A DNA stretch of 64,000 nucleotides from an uncultured Planctomycetota bacterium. GTDB lineage: Bacteria > Planctomycetota > PLA2 > JAEUHO01. Shown piece after piece: positions 31,570 to 42,118 of this stretch (position 1 is its first letter; every line of letters begins with the position of its first letter). The stretch lies in the NCBI GenBank assembly GCA_963752285.1, contig CAVVXN010000005.1, forward strand, positions 2,144,001-2,208,000, in the 5' to 3' direction. The position numbers were made by a program, and so were the translations under genes. Below the pieces are notes generated by a model. That model had not been told where the DNA came from and made no database searches. It was given only the letters and a program-made list of their open reading frames with translations.

Positions 31570-32128
31570 GATCCTCAAGGCCCAGCGGCATATGCGGGGC
31601 ACCCTCGGCATCCATCTCAAGGGCGCGTCGGGCGATCTTCTCCTTCTGACTGCGGAGCTTCCGATGTAGCGAGTGCACCATGTCGGTGAACCGACTGCTA
31701 AGCGGAGAGAAGGTGAAGTCCCAATTGATGGCCTCTTCCATCGGGTCAGGGAAGTCCCATGAGTACGGATACGGTTTCACCTTCTCGAACGTCCGGGAAG
31801 AGTCAAAGTTCAGGACACCACGCCGCACTTGGCCGCGCTTCTGTTTCCGTTGGAGCGCGGCGTAAAGGACGCTGGCATCGCCTGCGACGGCCGTGTCCAG
31901 CGTCTTCTTGCCGTTCCACTTGACAACCTCCTCTGGCGAGGTTGCCTCAAGGACTAGTCGGACATTGGGGTGTGTCGTTGGTTTGCGGAACTTTTGGAGG
32001 ACCGCCTCCTGCATCTTGGTCTTGCCGACGCCGTTTGGCCCACCGATCACCACTGTGTCGGAGAGGTTGTCGACAGCGAAGTGCTTGAGGGGGGGGTAAT
32101 CTCTGATCTCGATGGAGGTGAGCCGCAT
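31570..32128 (-). pseudogene. ABC/AAA_15-type ATPase N-terminal fragment (defence-type)
   Basis: MRLTSIEIRDY..IGGPNGVGKT; no Walker B before the junction. Confidence 0.7.
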
Positions 32129-32359
32129 GCGGTGGAGGGTATCAGGCACGCGCCAGACGAGCGATGAGAGTTCCCCACATCCATTGACTGCCTCGGCGGC
32201 CGAGCTACTTGCCTGATAGCGGGCCCATGCTCAGCGATTCGCGAGCCGCGCCTTCGCGGCCTTCGCCCGAAGCGGCGCCGTGATCCGCTCTACCGTCGCG
32301 TCCAGCGGCTCAACCCGGTCCACGAGCCCGAGCCCGTTCGCCTCGCCCGCAAGCCAGAC

Positions 32360-32696
32360 GGACCAGCGCGTCGGCGGTCCACTCGCCCGAGATGCGGGGC
32401 GAGTTGAGAGCGAGGTTGAGGGCCTTCTCCTCGGCCTCCTCGACGTCGATCACGACGACGTCGGTGGTCTCGACCCCCTTCGCTTCCAGGATCTTCAGCC
32501 GCTGGTGACCGCCGACGACGTTGCCGCTGCGGGCGTTGACGATGATCGGCTGCACGAGGCCGTAGCGTCCGATCGACTCGCCCAGGCCGGCCAGGGCCTC
32601 GGTCGAGATCGTGCGGGGGTTGTAGGCCGCGGGCACGAGGTCCGAGACGCGGCGGCTCTCCAGGCGGACGCGGCCGAGATTCAAAGGGGCGACCAT
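32360..32696 (-). pseudogene. ParB-MTase 5' fragment, copy D
   Basis: Matches copy C up to ISGEWTADAL. Confidence 0.85.
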
Positions 32697-32950
32697 CAGG
32701 GGGCCTCCGGGGGCGGGGTGGCGGCCGGGCTCTCGTCGGCGGGAGGCGAGCCGAGAGCGGCCGAGAGCGGAGAGCCGAGAGCGGCGGGGGGGAGCGGTTC
32801 CAGCAGATCCAGGGGGACGAGAGCGGCGACCGGGCAGCCGTGGCGGGTGAGGACCACCGGCTCGCCGCCCTCCTGGACGGCCCGGACCACGGCCCGGAGC
32901 GTCGCCCGGAGGCGCCGGACCGCCACGGTGCGGGGTGCGGGGGCGGTCAC
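32696..32950 (-). CDS. Phd-like protein 2, copy D
   Basis: PVVLTRHGCPVAALVP. Confidence 0.75.
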   Translation of the reverse strand: MTAPAPRTVAVRRLRATLRAVVRAVQEGGEPVVLTRHGCPVAALVPLDLLEPLPPAALGSPLSAALGSPPADESPAATPPPEAP

Positions 32951-33198
32951 GGCGCCGCCTCCTCGGGGCCCGGCGCGCGGCCCAGGCCCGGGGCCTCGGG
33001 GTCAGGCTCGCCGAGCCCGGCCGCCACATCGGCCACGTCGGGGAGCAGGCGGCCCAGGAGGTCCAGCGCCTCGAGCGCCCCGTGCGGGACCAGGGCGGCG
33101 ACGGGGCGCCCGCGGCGCATCAGGACGATCCGCTCCCCGTCCTCCTCGACGGCGCGGACCAGGGCGTACAGGGAGCCCTTCGCGGACTTCAGTCCCAC
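32947..33198 (-). CDS. Phd-like protein 1, copy D
   Basis: RIVLMRRGRPVAALVP. Confidence 0.75.
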   Translation of the reverse strand: MGLKSAKGSLYALVRAVEEDGERIVLMRRGRPVAALVPHGALEALDLLGRLLPDVADVAAGLGEPDPEAPGLGRAPGPEEAAP

Positions 33199-33204
33199 GC
33201 GCGA

Positions 33205-33687
33205 TCACGGCCGCCTCCCGGGAAGGGACCCCCGCGGAGGTCCATTTCCAGGGCTCTCCGGGCCGCCGGAGGCGTTTTGGCTATCCCGTGAAAATCGACG
33301 CATGCCCCGCGCCCCGCTCGGGGCGGCCGAGGCCCGAGAGCTCGGAGGCCCCCCCTCCCCTGCCTTCAGCCGAGCACGCTCGGCCGCGCTCTTCCGCGCG
33401 TGGCAGGCCGTGCAGGTCGGGGCGAGGTTGGCGCGGTCGAACGCGAGCTCGGGGGCCACGGCCAGCGGGACGACGTGGTCCACCTGCGTGGCGAGGACGG
33501 TCAGCCCGAGCCGCGCGCACTCACGGCAGAGCGGTTCGTCGCGGAGCACCTGCGCGCGCACGGCCCGCCAGCGGGCGGACCCGTGGATGCGCGCAACGGC
33601 CGGGTCGCGGCGGGCGCGGTTGTACTCCTGGTCCGCGTGGCGGCGGCTGCGTAGGATCCCAGCGAGCGTGCGCGGCTTCGAAGGCAT
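33205..33687 (-). CDS. HNH endonuclease, copy D
   Basis: Same motifs as copies A and C. Confidence 0.9.
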   Translation of the reverse strand: MPSKPRTLAGILRSRRHADQEYNRARRDPAVARIHGSARWRAVRAQVLRDEPLCRECARLGLTVLATQVDHVVPLAVAPELAFDRANLAPTCTACHARKSAAERARLKAGEGGPPSSRASAAPSGARGMRRFSRDSQNASGGPESPGNGPPRGSLPGRRP

Positions 33688-33836
33688 CGGCGCCTCGAGG
33701 CGCGCCGGCTGGGATCAGCGCGGTGAGAGGCTACCACGCTCTGGTGACGCACGCCACGTGCCAGGGGGACCGCATCACGACCGTCCGAAGCGACGGTCGT
33801 TGGCCAGGATACCCCGTCGAGCCCGCTTCCCGTCCG

Positions 33837-36472
33837 CTATCGGCCGGACCGCTTCAGAGTAGGCGACCATTCGACCGGTGTGCCATCCTCGGCGACATCG
33901 ATGGACGTCGTCACCGGCAAGTACCCGTCCTTCTTCAGACGGATCTCGACAGAACCGGCGTCGAGGTAGAGCAACAAGCCTCCGAGATCCGGCCGGATAG
34001 GACGCTGATACGGTACAGCTGAGAGCCATGTGTCCACGCTGACCTGGGCGGTCTTGCTTGTGAGCGTGTACGAGAATTCACGAATCGAAACGCCATCCTC
34101 CGTCTGTGGGGTGAGGTTCACAATGCCGCCAGCAAGCGTGACGGACACCTCCTCCTCATCACGACCGGCCACTACATGGAATGGAGCTCGTTCGACTGGC
34201 GTGGTCCAGCTCAGGCTCGATCCCTCATGCGCGCGCCCTCACGGCGTAGCGCCCCTCCGCGAGAGGCAAAGAGAGCGGTGCACTCAAGCGCGGAAGATCA
34301 CTGGCATATATGATGTAATATAGGTAAGCTTATAGCAGTACGCTGTAGCGATGCGGAGAAGAAGGGAGCAGTAGAACGGAGCACGTTTGCACATTGCACC
34401 TGAAGCTGACACTGCATAGAGGACCAGCGTCGCAGACGGCTAGAGGGCTATAGGCACTGGATAGCTCGGCTCGGAGGAGAGGCGCACAGGAACCTAGACG
34501 AAGCGGTTCTCGTAGAAAGCGGCTCTTACGATGACACGAACGGTAGGAGCAAGGCTTGTACATCTGCAAGGAGGAAGACGGCTAGAATAAAGCTCTGCGT
34601 AACGAGCTAGGGTTCGTTGCAGGACACCTCAAGCTGCGACCACAGTGATACAGAATCACATGCTGGCTGAAGCTCTTGAAGAGGATATATAGAGAGTTCA
34701 TACGAAGCGTACAGATCGCAGTCTTAGTCGCTGTGTCAACAGCGACAGCCTCAAGGACGTATAGAGCTCTCAACTCAAGGATTGCGTAGTGCGCATATAT
34801 AGGCGAGACAACGAGGGGCGCGGCTACGGATGCACTGGAAAACAAGGCTTTGCGCGCGCGGACCTTCATTGCATGCTGAGGCAGCTCAAAAATCTGGAAC
34901 AGCTAGTCTGCGTCAGACACCGCAGATCAGAATTCTGGTGCTGCGGCGTGGCCAAAGAGCAACTCAGAGCTCGCTCAGAAGTCTTCTCACAGGCGTACAC
35001 AGGCTTCAACGGTGGCGCCGGCCACGGGAGCACCACTAAGATCAACGACTCTGCCAATAATGCACTCTCCGCGGTACAGCTCGACATGAAACGGCTGGGA
35101 TGTTGGCTGAACCTGGGTTCCCGATACGTAGGGGAGGAAAAAAAATGAGTAAGATATAAAAAATAGTGAAAGATAAATGGTAGGGAATGAGAAGAAAAAT
35201 GAAAAGATATAATATGTAAGGGAGATAGTATATGGTTGTGAAGATAAGAAGAAAGAAGAGGAGGAGATAAATAAAAGAAAAAAAGATAGAGGTTGATGAG
35301 ATGAATAAGTAAATATGAAGTGGATTGATAGATAGTAGATGATGATGGAAGATAAATGGGAAGAGGAGGAGGGAGGTTATGTTATGGGAAATAAGATGAA
35401 AAAGAGAGTAAGTTAGGCTATTAAGTAGTGGATTAAGTGCTCTGTGATGGGTTAGATAGATTATAGAAATGGAAATGATGAAGTGTAGGTAAGTTCACAG
35501 AAATATGGATAGCGAAGATAAGGAAGAGAACTATATATGAAGATAGGGGAAGCTAGATGTATATAAAATATGGATGGAAAAATTAGGTAAGAATGGAGAG
35601 GAAGAATAGGAAGAGAATAAAAGATGTAAGAGAAGTGTGGAGTGAAGGAGGAAGAGGAAATAGATGATAGAAGAAAGTGAAGATAGAAGGGGTTTAAAGG
35701 AGAAAATATATTATATAAAGGAGGAGGAGAAGAAGAGATAATAGAAGAATAGATAGCAGTAGAAGCAGATATGGAATAAGGAGGGATAAGAGGACTAAGA
35801 CCTACAACCACACCAGCACTCTTGCCCCCAAGAGGGCAGTGACTCGGGTAGGTATCGCATGAGAAGACTGGCTGCGTAGTGGTCTCACACTGCGATCTTG
35901 GCGGCGCTAACGACGAGCGAACAGACGCCTAGAAGCAATGCCGAGTAGTTGCGGCCAGCGCTCATAGTAAACTCCCCCCCTCGCAGAGTAGCGGGCGCCG
36001 TGCGACCAGACCTATCGCACGGCACTAGGATGGTTAGAGCGGAATGCTATGCAGAATATCTCACTACAGAACGCAAGGGCAGGTCAGTGTCTGAGGGTAG
36101 CTGTGGATGGGAGTATAAATAGGTTAGCAACACTGCGGCGAAGGAATATGTTCTGAATCGCAGAAGGAGATGTCAGGGATAGATTTGATGTAGTGCAAAG
36201 TAGAGACGCAGGGGTTAATAGCGCGAAGTGCGCAGGCGCAATAAGTAGTTTGTGAAGATGATAGTGATGCTGTAGCAGGTGTCACTAGACTACGCGTCAC
36301 AGGTGGTCTGGGGACACCCGTAGTATGAGTACAAGTAGTAGCTTTTGACGGGGTATCAAGTGAGGGTCAAGATATGCTGGCACTGAGAGGTAGTGGCAAA
36401 CGATTGTCTCGCAATGACTCAGAATATCACTACGATCGCTGACAGGATCGACAGAAACTGCAGCTTGTGCAT
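33837..36472 (-). pseudogene. Cargo 4: secreted gene plus large beta-sandwich gene, mostly unreadable (C-depleted)
   Basis: Signal-like start MHKLQFLSILSAIVVIF at 36472 behind the same leader as cargo 2; clean PEGA-like C-terminus (VEIRLKKDGYLPVTTSIDV) at 33837-34172. Confidence 0.5.
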
Positions 36473-36649
36473 CACTTCTCTCCTTCTCCGGCCGTCGGGC
36501 CTCCCCCACACGGGCAAGCCTAGTCCGGCCGCCACGGTAGACTCGCTCCCCGAGTCACGAGGAAGTGACAGCCATGGCGGGCGTGAACGATTTCTGAACA
36601 TCTCATGCGGGGGCCCTTCGGCCGGGCCGAGCTACAGTAACTCTTGTTT

Positions 36650-37514
36650 ATAGGGCTATATGTAGCAGAGGAGGAGGTACAGAGAGAGGATGGCGGACAG
36701 AGACGTTTTTCAGTTCTTACTCGAGACGAACAACAGTGACTCGCGGTAGCGCAGAAACTAGCTCTCGGCGTACACACACCAGAAGAGGTTCTCGACGATC
36801 GTGGTATGACAGGGCTATAGGTAGAAGGGCTCGCTGGATAGCTCGCTCTATACGAACAGGAGCATGTAGTGGAAGAAGATGATAGCGCGGAGTGAGAGAG
36901 AGACGTAGAAGCGCTGCGACGGGAGCGCGTCGCTGACGGGTCGTAGCGGGGATCTCTGTACGGCAGACCTGCTCGAGCGTGGCGTAGCAAAAAGAGGAGA
37001 TAGGGGAAGTGGGATAAGGCAGCGCTCATAAGCGGAGATAAGGGGCTGGAAGTAGTGCTAGAGAGCGGGTGTATGGGGCAGGAGCGGCTAGACACGAGCG
37101 GCGCGCGCGCGGCCGGCGTCATCGAGAACTGGCTCTCCAAGCGAAGCAGGTGCTCGGAGAACTGGAGCGAGAGATGGAGTTGCGGGTACGGACGGACGCG
37201 CAAGACTCGCGCTTAGCGTTCTTGACAGGGTGAGCGTGGATGGACTTAAGAAGGAACGAGATGAGGTTGTATCACACGGGGAAGAGCTCGCAGTAGCGGG
37301 TGAAGGAGCGCGAGTATACGCGGCAGAGGAGCTAAGCGGCGCGGAGCTGCGGGAGGACCTCGTCACACACGGCGGCGGCCTCGGGGGGGAGCGCGGCGGG
37401 ACGCGGGGGCGCCTCGGGCTCGGGCCGGGGTTGGCTCGGGCGCGTCGCCGCGCGCCAGCTCCCGCGCAGAGCGAGCTTCTTCGTCGGCGTCGGGGCGGGG
37501 CCGGGCTTAGGCAC
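36650..37514 (-). pseudogene. Degenerate terS and terL 5' end, copy E
   Basis: Colinear with 24733-25610, with many plus-strand C substitutions. Confidence 0.85.
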
Positions 37515-37536
37515 AGGCCGCCTGAGAAGCAGATTC

Positions 37537-37848
37537 TCAGAAACGCATGGGGATCCCGAGTTCGGTCGCGATCCCGATCTCGGCGGCCACGCCCCGGCTC
37601 CCCTTCCAGCCGTCGAGGGCGAGCACGACGAGCTCGCGGCAGGCCGCCATCATCTCGCGGTTGTGCTCGGCCCAGAACGGCCAGTCGCCCGGCAGGCCCA
37701 GCTCCGCGAGCGCGTGGCTGTGGACGATCGGCGAGTACACGAGCCGGCCGCCACGCATGAGGCGCACGGCGTGCCAGCACGCCTGCTGGTAGCGGGTCGC
37801 CCGGACGGCCGGGTCGGAGTGCGAGTACGGAGAGGCGAGGTACAACAT
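37537..37848 (-). CDS. DUF1937 protein, copy E
   Basis: MLYLASPYSH..., near-identical to copy C. Confidence 0.8.
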   Translation of the reverse strand: MLYLASPYSHSDPAVRATRYQQACWHAVRLMRGGRLVYSPIVHSHALAELGLPGDWPFWAEHNREMMAACRELVVLALDGWKGSRGVAAEIGIATELGIPMRF

Positions 37849-39045
37849 CAGCTCTTCGCCTTCCTCCGCGCCTTTCGCGCGGGCGGCGTCGTGCTCTCGC
37901 GCTTCGCCTTCCGGCCCGTCACCGTCTCCCAGCGCTCGACGATCACGTCGCGTGTAGGCGGGGTCGAGCTCCATGAGGAACGCGTGCCGGCCGAGTCTGC
38001 TCGCAGGCCATGAGCGTCGAGCCCGCTGCCGCCGAAGAGATCGAGCACGTTCTCGCCCGGCCTCGAGGAGTACTGGATCGCGCGCGCCGCGAGCTCGACG
38101 GGCTTCTCGGTCAGGTGGACCATCGTCTGCGGCGTTGACCTTCTTCACGCTCCCAGAGGTCCGGCGTTGTTCGGGGCCCGAAGAACTCGTGCGCGGCGCC
38201 TTCCCTCCACGCCGTAGAAGCACCACTCGTGGGCACCCATGAAGTCCTTGCGCGTGAGCACCGGGTGCTGCTTGTCCCAGATGATCGCCTGGGAGAAGTA
38301 GAAGCCCGCCTCCTTCAACGCCGGCGGGTAGTTCGCGACGTTCGCGTAGCCGCCCCAGATGTAGAACCGCGCGCCCGGGCAGCAGCACGCGCGCGGCGTT
38401 GCCGAACCAGGCGCGCAGCAGCTGCTCGAACTCCTCGTCGGAGACGAAGTCGTTCTCGAGCGGCCGGTCCTTCGCCCGCATCTTCCGGTGCGTGGGCTTC
38501 GCCTTCTCGGGGTGCCGCGCGAGGTCGAGCCCCTGGTGGTGGCGCTTCTCGTGCGCCGTGAACGACGAGAGCCCGGCGCGCGATCGCGTTGTTCGAGCGC
38601 GGCTCGACCTTCACGTTGTAGGGCGGGTCGGTGTTCACGCAGATGGATCGGGCGCGCCGGCGAGCAGCCGGTCGAGGTCCTCGCGCGCTGCCGCGTGTCG
38701 CCGCAGAGCAGCCGGTGGTGGCCGAGCACCCAGAGGTCGCCGGGCTTCGTGACCGGGTCGTCGGGCGGCTCGGGGACCGGGTCCTCGACGATGTCGCCGG
38801 CCTCCTGCGGGAAGAGCTTCTCCAGGTCGCCCCGGAGGCCGGAGAGGAGCAGCGCGTCGCCGAGGTCGGGCAGCGCGCCGACGACCTCCTCGAGCAGGCC
38901 GAGCGCGTCGGCGGTCCACTCGCCCGAGATGCGGGGGGAGTTGAGAGCGAGGTTGAGTGCCTTCTCCTCGGCCTCCTCGACGTCGATCACGACGACGTCG
39001 GTCGCCTCGACGCCCTTCCCCTCCAGCACCTTCAACCGCTGGTGA
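37848..39045 (-). pseudogene. ParB-MTase, copy E, several frameshifts and 5' deletion
   Basis: Motifs spread over ORFs 38145, 38315, 37537 and 37848; fused to Phd2 at ~39045. Confidence 0.85.
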
Positions 39046-39395
39046 GGATCACGCGCTCGCCGCCCTCCTGGACGGCCCGAACCACGGCCCGGAGCGTCGC
39101 GCGGAGACGGCGGACGGCGACGGTGCGGGGGGCGGGCGCGGTCACGGCGCCGCCTCCTCGGGGCCCGGAGCGGGGCCCAACCCCGGGGCGTCGGAGTCGG
39201 GTCGGCGAGCCCGGCTGCCACGTCGGCGACGTCGGGGAGCAGGCGGCCGAGGAGGTAGAGCGCCTCGAGCGCCGTGCGGGACCAGGGCGGCGACGGGGCG
39301 CCGCGCGCGTCAGGACGATCCGCTCCCGTCCTCCTCGACGGCGCGGACCAGGGCGTAGAGCGCACCTTCGCGGACTTCAGTCCCACGGCGATCAC
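39046..39395 (-). pseudogene. Two Phd-like genes, copy E, frameshifted
   Basis: Colinear with 12649-13010. Confidence 0.75.
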
Positions 39396-39467
39396 GGCCG
39401 CCTCCCGGGAGGGGACCCCCGCGGAGGTCCATTTCCAGGGCTCTCCGGGCCGCCGGAGGCGTTTCGG

Positions 39468-39877
39468 CTAACCCGTGAAAAGCGACGCACGCCCCGCGCC
39501 CCGCTCGTGGCGCCCGCGGCGTGAGAGCTCGGAGCTCCCCCCCTCCCCTGCCTTCAGCCGAGCACGCTCGGCCGCGCTCTTCAGGCCGTGGCAGGCGGTG
39601 CACGTAGGGGCTAGAGGTTCGACAGCACGAACGCGAGTTCGGGGGCCACGGCCAGGGGGACGACGTGGTCCACCTGCGTGGCGAGGACGGTCAGCCCGAG
39701 GCGCGCGCACTCGCGGCAGAGGGGCTCGTCGCGGAGGACCTGGGCCCGGACAGCCTGCCACCGGGCGGAACCGTGGATGCGCGCAATGACCGGGTCGCGG
39801 CGGGCGCGGTTGTACTCGCGGTCCGCGTGGCGGCGGTGTCGCAGGATCCCAGCGAGCGTGCGCGGCTTCGAAGGCAT
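39468..39877 (-). pseudogene. HNH endonuclease, copy E, frameshift near 39612
   Basis: First half in ORF 39611..39877; APTCTACH continues in ORF 39468..39761. Confidence 0.85.
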
Positions 39878-40036
39878 CGGTGCCTCGGCTCGCGCCGGCT
39901 GGGATCAGCGCACATGAATACTACTGGCGTGCGATCAACGCGCGCCCCGATTTGTAATTCGGCCTGGGACTAACTGCCCGGTAGACGCGCACGGCGGGCC
40001 GCACATATCATCTCAAGTGTTGATTAGGAGGAAGTC

Positions 40037-40372
40037 ATGAGAGTTTCTCTGAGCTTGCTGCTGCTCGCGGTCCTCATCCTGTCGAGCGCTGGCTACGCCA
40101 TGGCAAAGGCGAGCGTGACCACAGGCCCCTGCATAACAGGAGGCGGCGTGTTTCTGCAGGTTGATGACACGTATGCCACGACCATACGGTGCGCGATCAC
40201 GATCATCTGCCCTCCAAGTGGGCCGCCCTACAAACGGGGTTGCAAGTCCACCACGGGCACGTGCAAGGCCTTCAATCCTCACAAGCCTTGCGAAGATCCT
40301 ATGGGCTATGTGTATCTGAACGGGAGTCTGGTGGGACAAGGTGTTCCGTATAGCACACTAAGCGGCTGCTAG
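40037..40372 (+). CDS. Small secreted Cys-rich protein (cargo 5)
   Basis: RBS AGGAGG; signal peptide; 7 Cys in the mature part. Confidence 0.8.
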   Translation: MRVSLSLLLLAVLILSSAGYAMAKASVTTGPCITGGGVFLQVDDTYATTIRCAITIICPPSGPPYKRGCKSTTGTCKAFNPHKPCEDPMGYVYLNGSLVGQGVPYSTLSGC

Positions 40373-40404
40373 TCACGGCGACGAGAACGGAGGAGTTCCG
40401 TACC

Positions 40405-40827
40405 ATGAGAAACGCACGGTTGGCACTTATCGTGGTAGGGCTTGCGGTATTGGCGACCGGTTTCGTCATTCTGCGACGTGCTCCCAGTGCGTCCGCTGAC
40501 GACGCCAACCATGTGACTGGCCTCGCGCTAGGCACATTCGATTTCGACGGGACGACCGAGAGTTCGGTCAACGCTACTTTTTCGAGCACCGATTCGCAAG
40601 ATGAGAGGCTCGTCGCGGAACTGTACCTGACCCCTGTCGGCGGGTCGGAAGCACTCGACTCAAGGGGCGAGACTTCGCGTAATGGTGTGACGGGCGCCAT
40701 TTCTCTTACGACCGCAGTCAATGAGACCCCACTCAGTTCCGGCGATCAGATTAGGGCAGTGTTCACTGCCTACGACAGTGGGGGCGGCTCGACATTCACA
40801 TATCAGCGTACCTGGACGAAGCCCTAG
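40405..40827 (+). CDS. Small exported beta-sandwich protein (cargo 5)
   Basis: RBS GGAGGAG; N-terminal hydrophobic segment; Ser/Thr-rich. Confidence 0.78.
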   Translation: MRNARLALIVVGLAVLATGFVILRRAPSASADDANHVTGLALGTFDFDGTTESSVNATFSSTDSQDERLVAELYLTPVGGSEALDSRGETSRNGVTGAISLTTAVNETPLSSGDQIRAVFTAYDSGGGSTFTYQRTWTKP

Positions 40828-41024
40828 CCACGCTGCGCGCGTGAGCGAGCCCGGTGCTTCCGGACCCACCGCGCGCAGGCGTCGTAGCCCATCTCCTCGG
40901 CGATCCGCTCGACCGCCGGCCGGTCGAGCATGTTCGTGAGGCCCGATATCCTGACGGCCTCGAGCCCCTCGTGGACGTCGGGGGGGACGCGCACGGCGTC
41001 CCCCCCGGTCTGCCGGCCCGTCAC
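40824..41024 (-). CDS. DUF5049-like protein, copy E, C-terminus clipped by the cargo
   Basis: LEAVRISGLTNMLDRPAV; homology ends at WVRKHR. Confidence 0.7.
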   Translation of the reverse strand: MTGRQTGGDAVRVPPDVHEGLEAVRISGLTNMLDRPAVERIAEEMGYDACARWVRKHRARSRAQRG

Positions 41025-41242
41025 CGCGCACCGCCTGCGGGGACGGCCCGCTCGACGTTGGCGTACGCGGGGCCGTTGCCCTCGGGGTCGGCCTGGAGGT
41101 CGATCCACCACTCGGACCCGTCGGGCATCCGGACCAGCACCGCGGGGAGGCCCGCGTCGCCGAGCGTCGCGCCGAGGATCTTCCCCCCGGCCAGAGCGTT
41201 CAGGCGCTCGACGGTGCCGCCCGCCTCGTCGGCGCGACTCAC
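41021..41242 (-). CDS. Backbone hypothetical protein (DPEGNGP motif)
   Basis: Coupled GTGA overlaps on both sides. Confidence 0.6.
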   Translation of the reverse strand: MSRADEAGGTVERLNALAGGKILGATLGDAGLPAVLVRMPDGSEWWIDLQADPEGNGPAYANVERAVPAGGAR

Positions 41243-41625
41243 TTCGCACCGTCCTTCTGTGCGGCCGGGGCCTTCGCGCGGGACTGCAAGTTCAGCCACA
41301 GGAATCCGTTCCACGCGGTCCCGGTGACCGCCTTCGCGATCGCCGACAGGCTGCGCCAGACCTGCCCGTCGAACTTGAAGCCGTGATCGAGGACCGTGAT
41401 CTCGATCACCTGGCCCTGGTGTTCGCGCCGGAGGATCGCGCCGGGCTTCGGGAGCCGCGGGTCGCGAGGACGCGGCGCGGCCTCCTTCGCGGGGGTGCCG
41501 TTCGCGGCAGGCTCCGCGGGCGGCGTCGGCTTCGCCTTCGGGGTGCGCTTCGTCGTCGCCTTCTTCGTGGTGCGCTTCTTCGCCGCCTTCTTCGGGGCGG
41601 CCTTCTTCGTGCTCTTCGTGGCCAT
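41239..41625 (-). CDS. DUF2924-domain protein, copy E
   Basis: RSLSAIAKAVTGTAWNGFLW. Confidence 0.85.
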   Translation of the reverse strand: MATKSTKKAAPKKAAKKRTTKKATTKRTPKAKPTPPAEPAANGTPAKEAAPRPRDPRLPKPGAILRREHQGQVIEITVLDHGFKFDGQVWRSLSAIAKAVTGTAWNGFLWLNLQSRAKAPAAQKDGAK

Positions 41626-41824
41626 CTCAGACTCCAGCGGCGGGGGCGCTCCCCGCCGGTTGCGTCACAACAGGGCTCTTGTTCTCCGAACACTCAAGGG
41701 CATTCCGCCGTCTCGCGCCGCTTGGCTGCCGTGAGGCTCCGGCGTCCGCCGAGCCCCGCCGTGCCACGCGGAGATCCCGGTGGCGCGCACGCTGTGAGAC
41801 GAGCACGCATGCCGTCGCGGGGCC

Positions 41825-42067
41825 TCACCGCGAGCCCCGCGCCCCCTCGGCCTCCACGAGCACGTAGCCGTCCAGCGGAACGTGCTCGACGCAGTGCGCG
41901 ACCCGGTGACCGAGGAGATCGCGGGCACCCTCCCGCGTCATGCCGGCGCCGTGGACGTGGCGGCCGGCGCAGAGCGGGCACCGGGGGACGACCCAGGTCC
42001 ACGGATCTCCGGGGCGGCGCGGCGGGATGAGGACGGCGCGGGCGATGGGCTGTTTCATGCGGGGCAC
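41825..42067 (-). CDS. Small putative zinc-finger protein
   Basis: CPLC..RHVHG and AHC. Confidence 0.55.
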   Translation of the reverse strand: MPRMKQPIARAVLIPPRRPGDPWTWVVPRCPLCAGRHVHGAGMTREGARDLLGHRVAHCVEHVPLDGYVLVEAEGARGSR

Positions 42068-42118
42068 TCCGGGTCGGGGTCGAAGGAGGGAGGCGACATC
42101 GGCTCGGACAGGGAGAGG

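Noticed and set aside
34330..35811. Ser/Leu/Phe/Tyr-rich ORFs in the purine-rich tract
   Set aside because: Their composition is a by-product of C depletion, so they are not credible proteins.
34300..37520. Diversity-generating retroelement
   Set aside because: No reverse transcriptase in the window. Substitutions hit C (G on the coding strand), not A, and span kilobases including stops.
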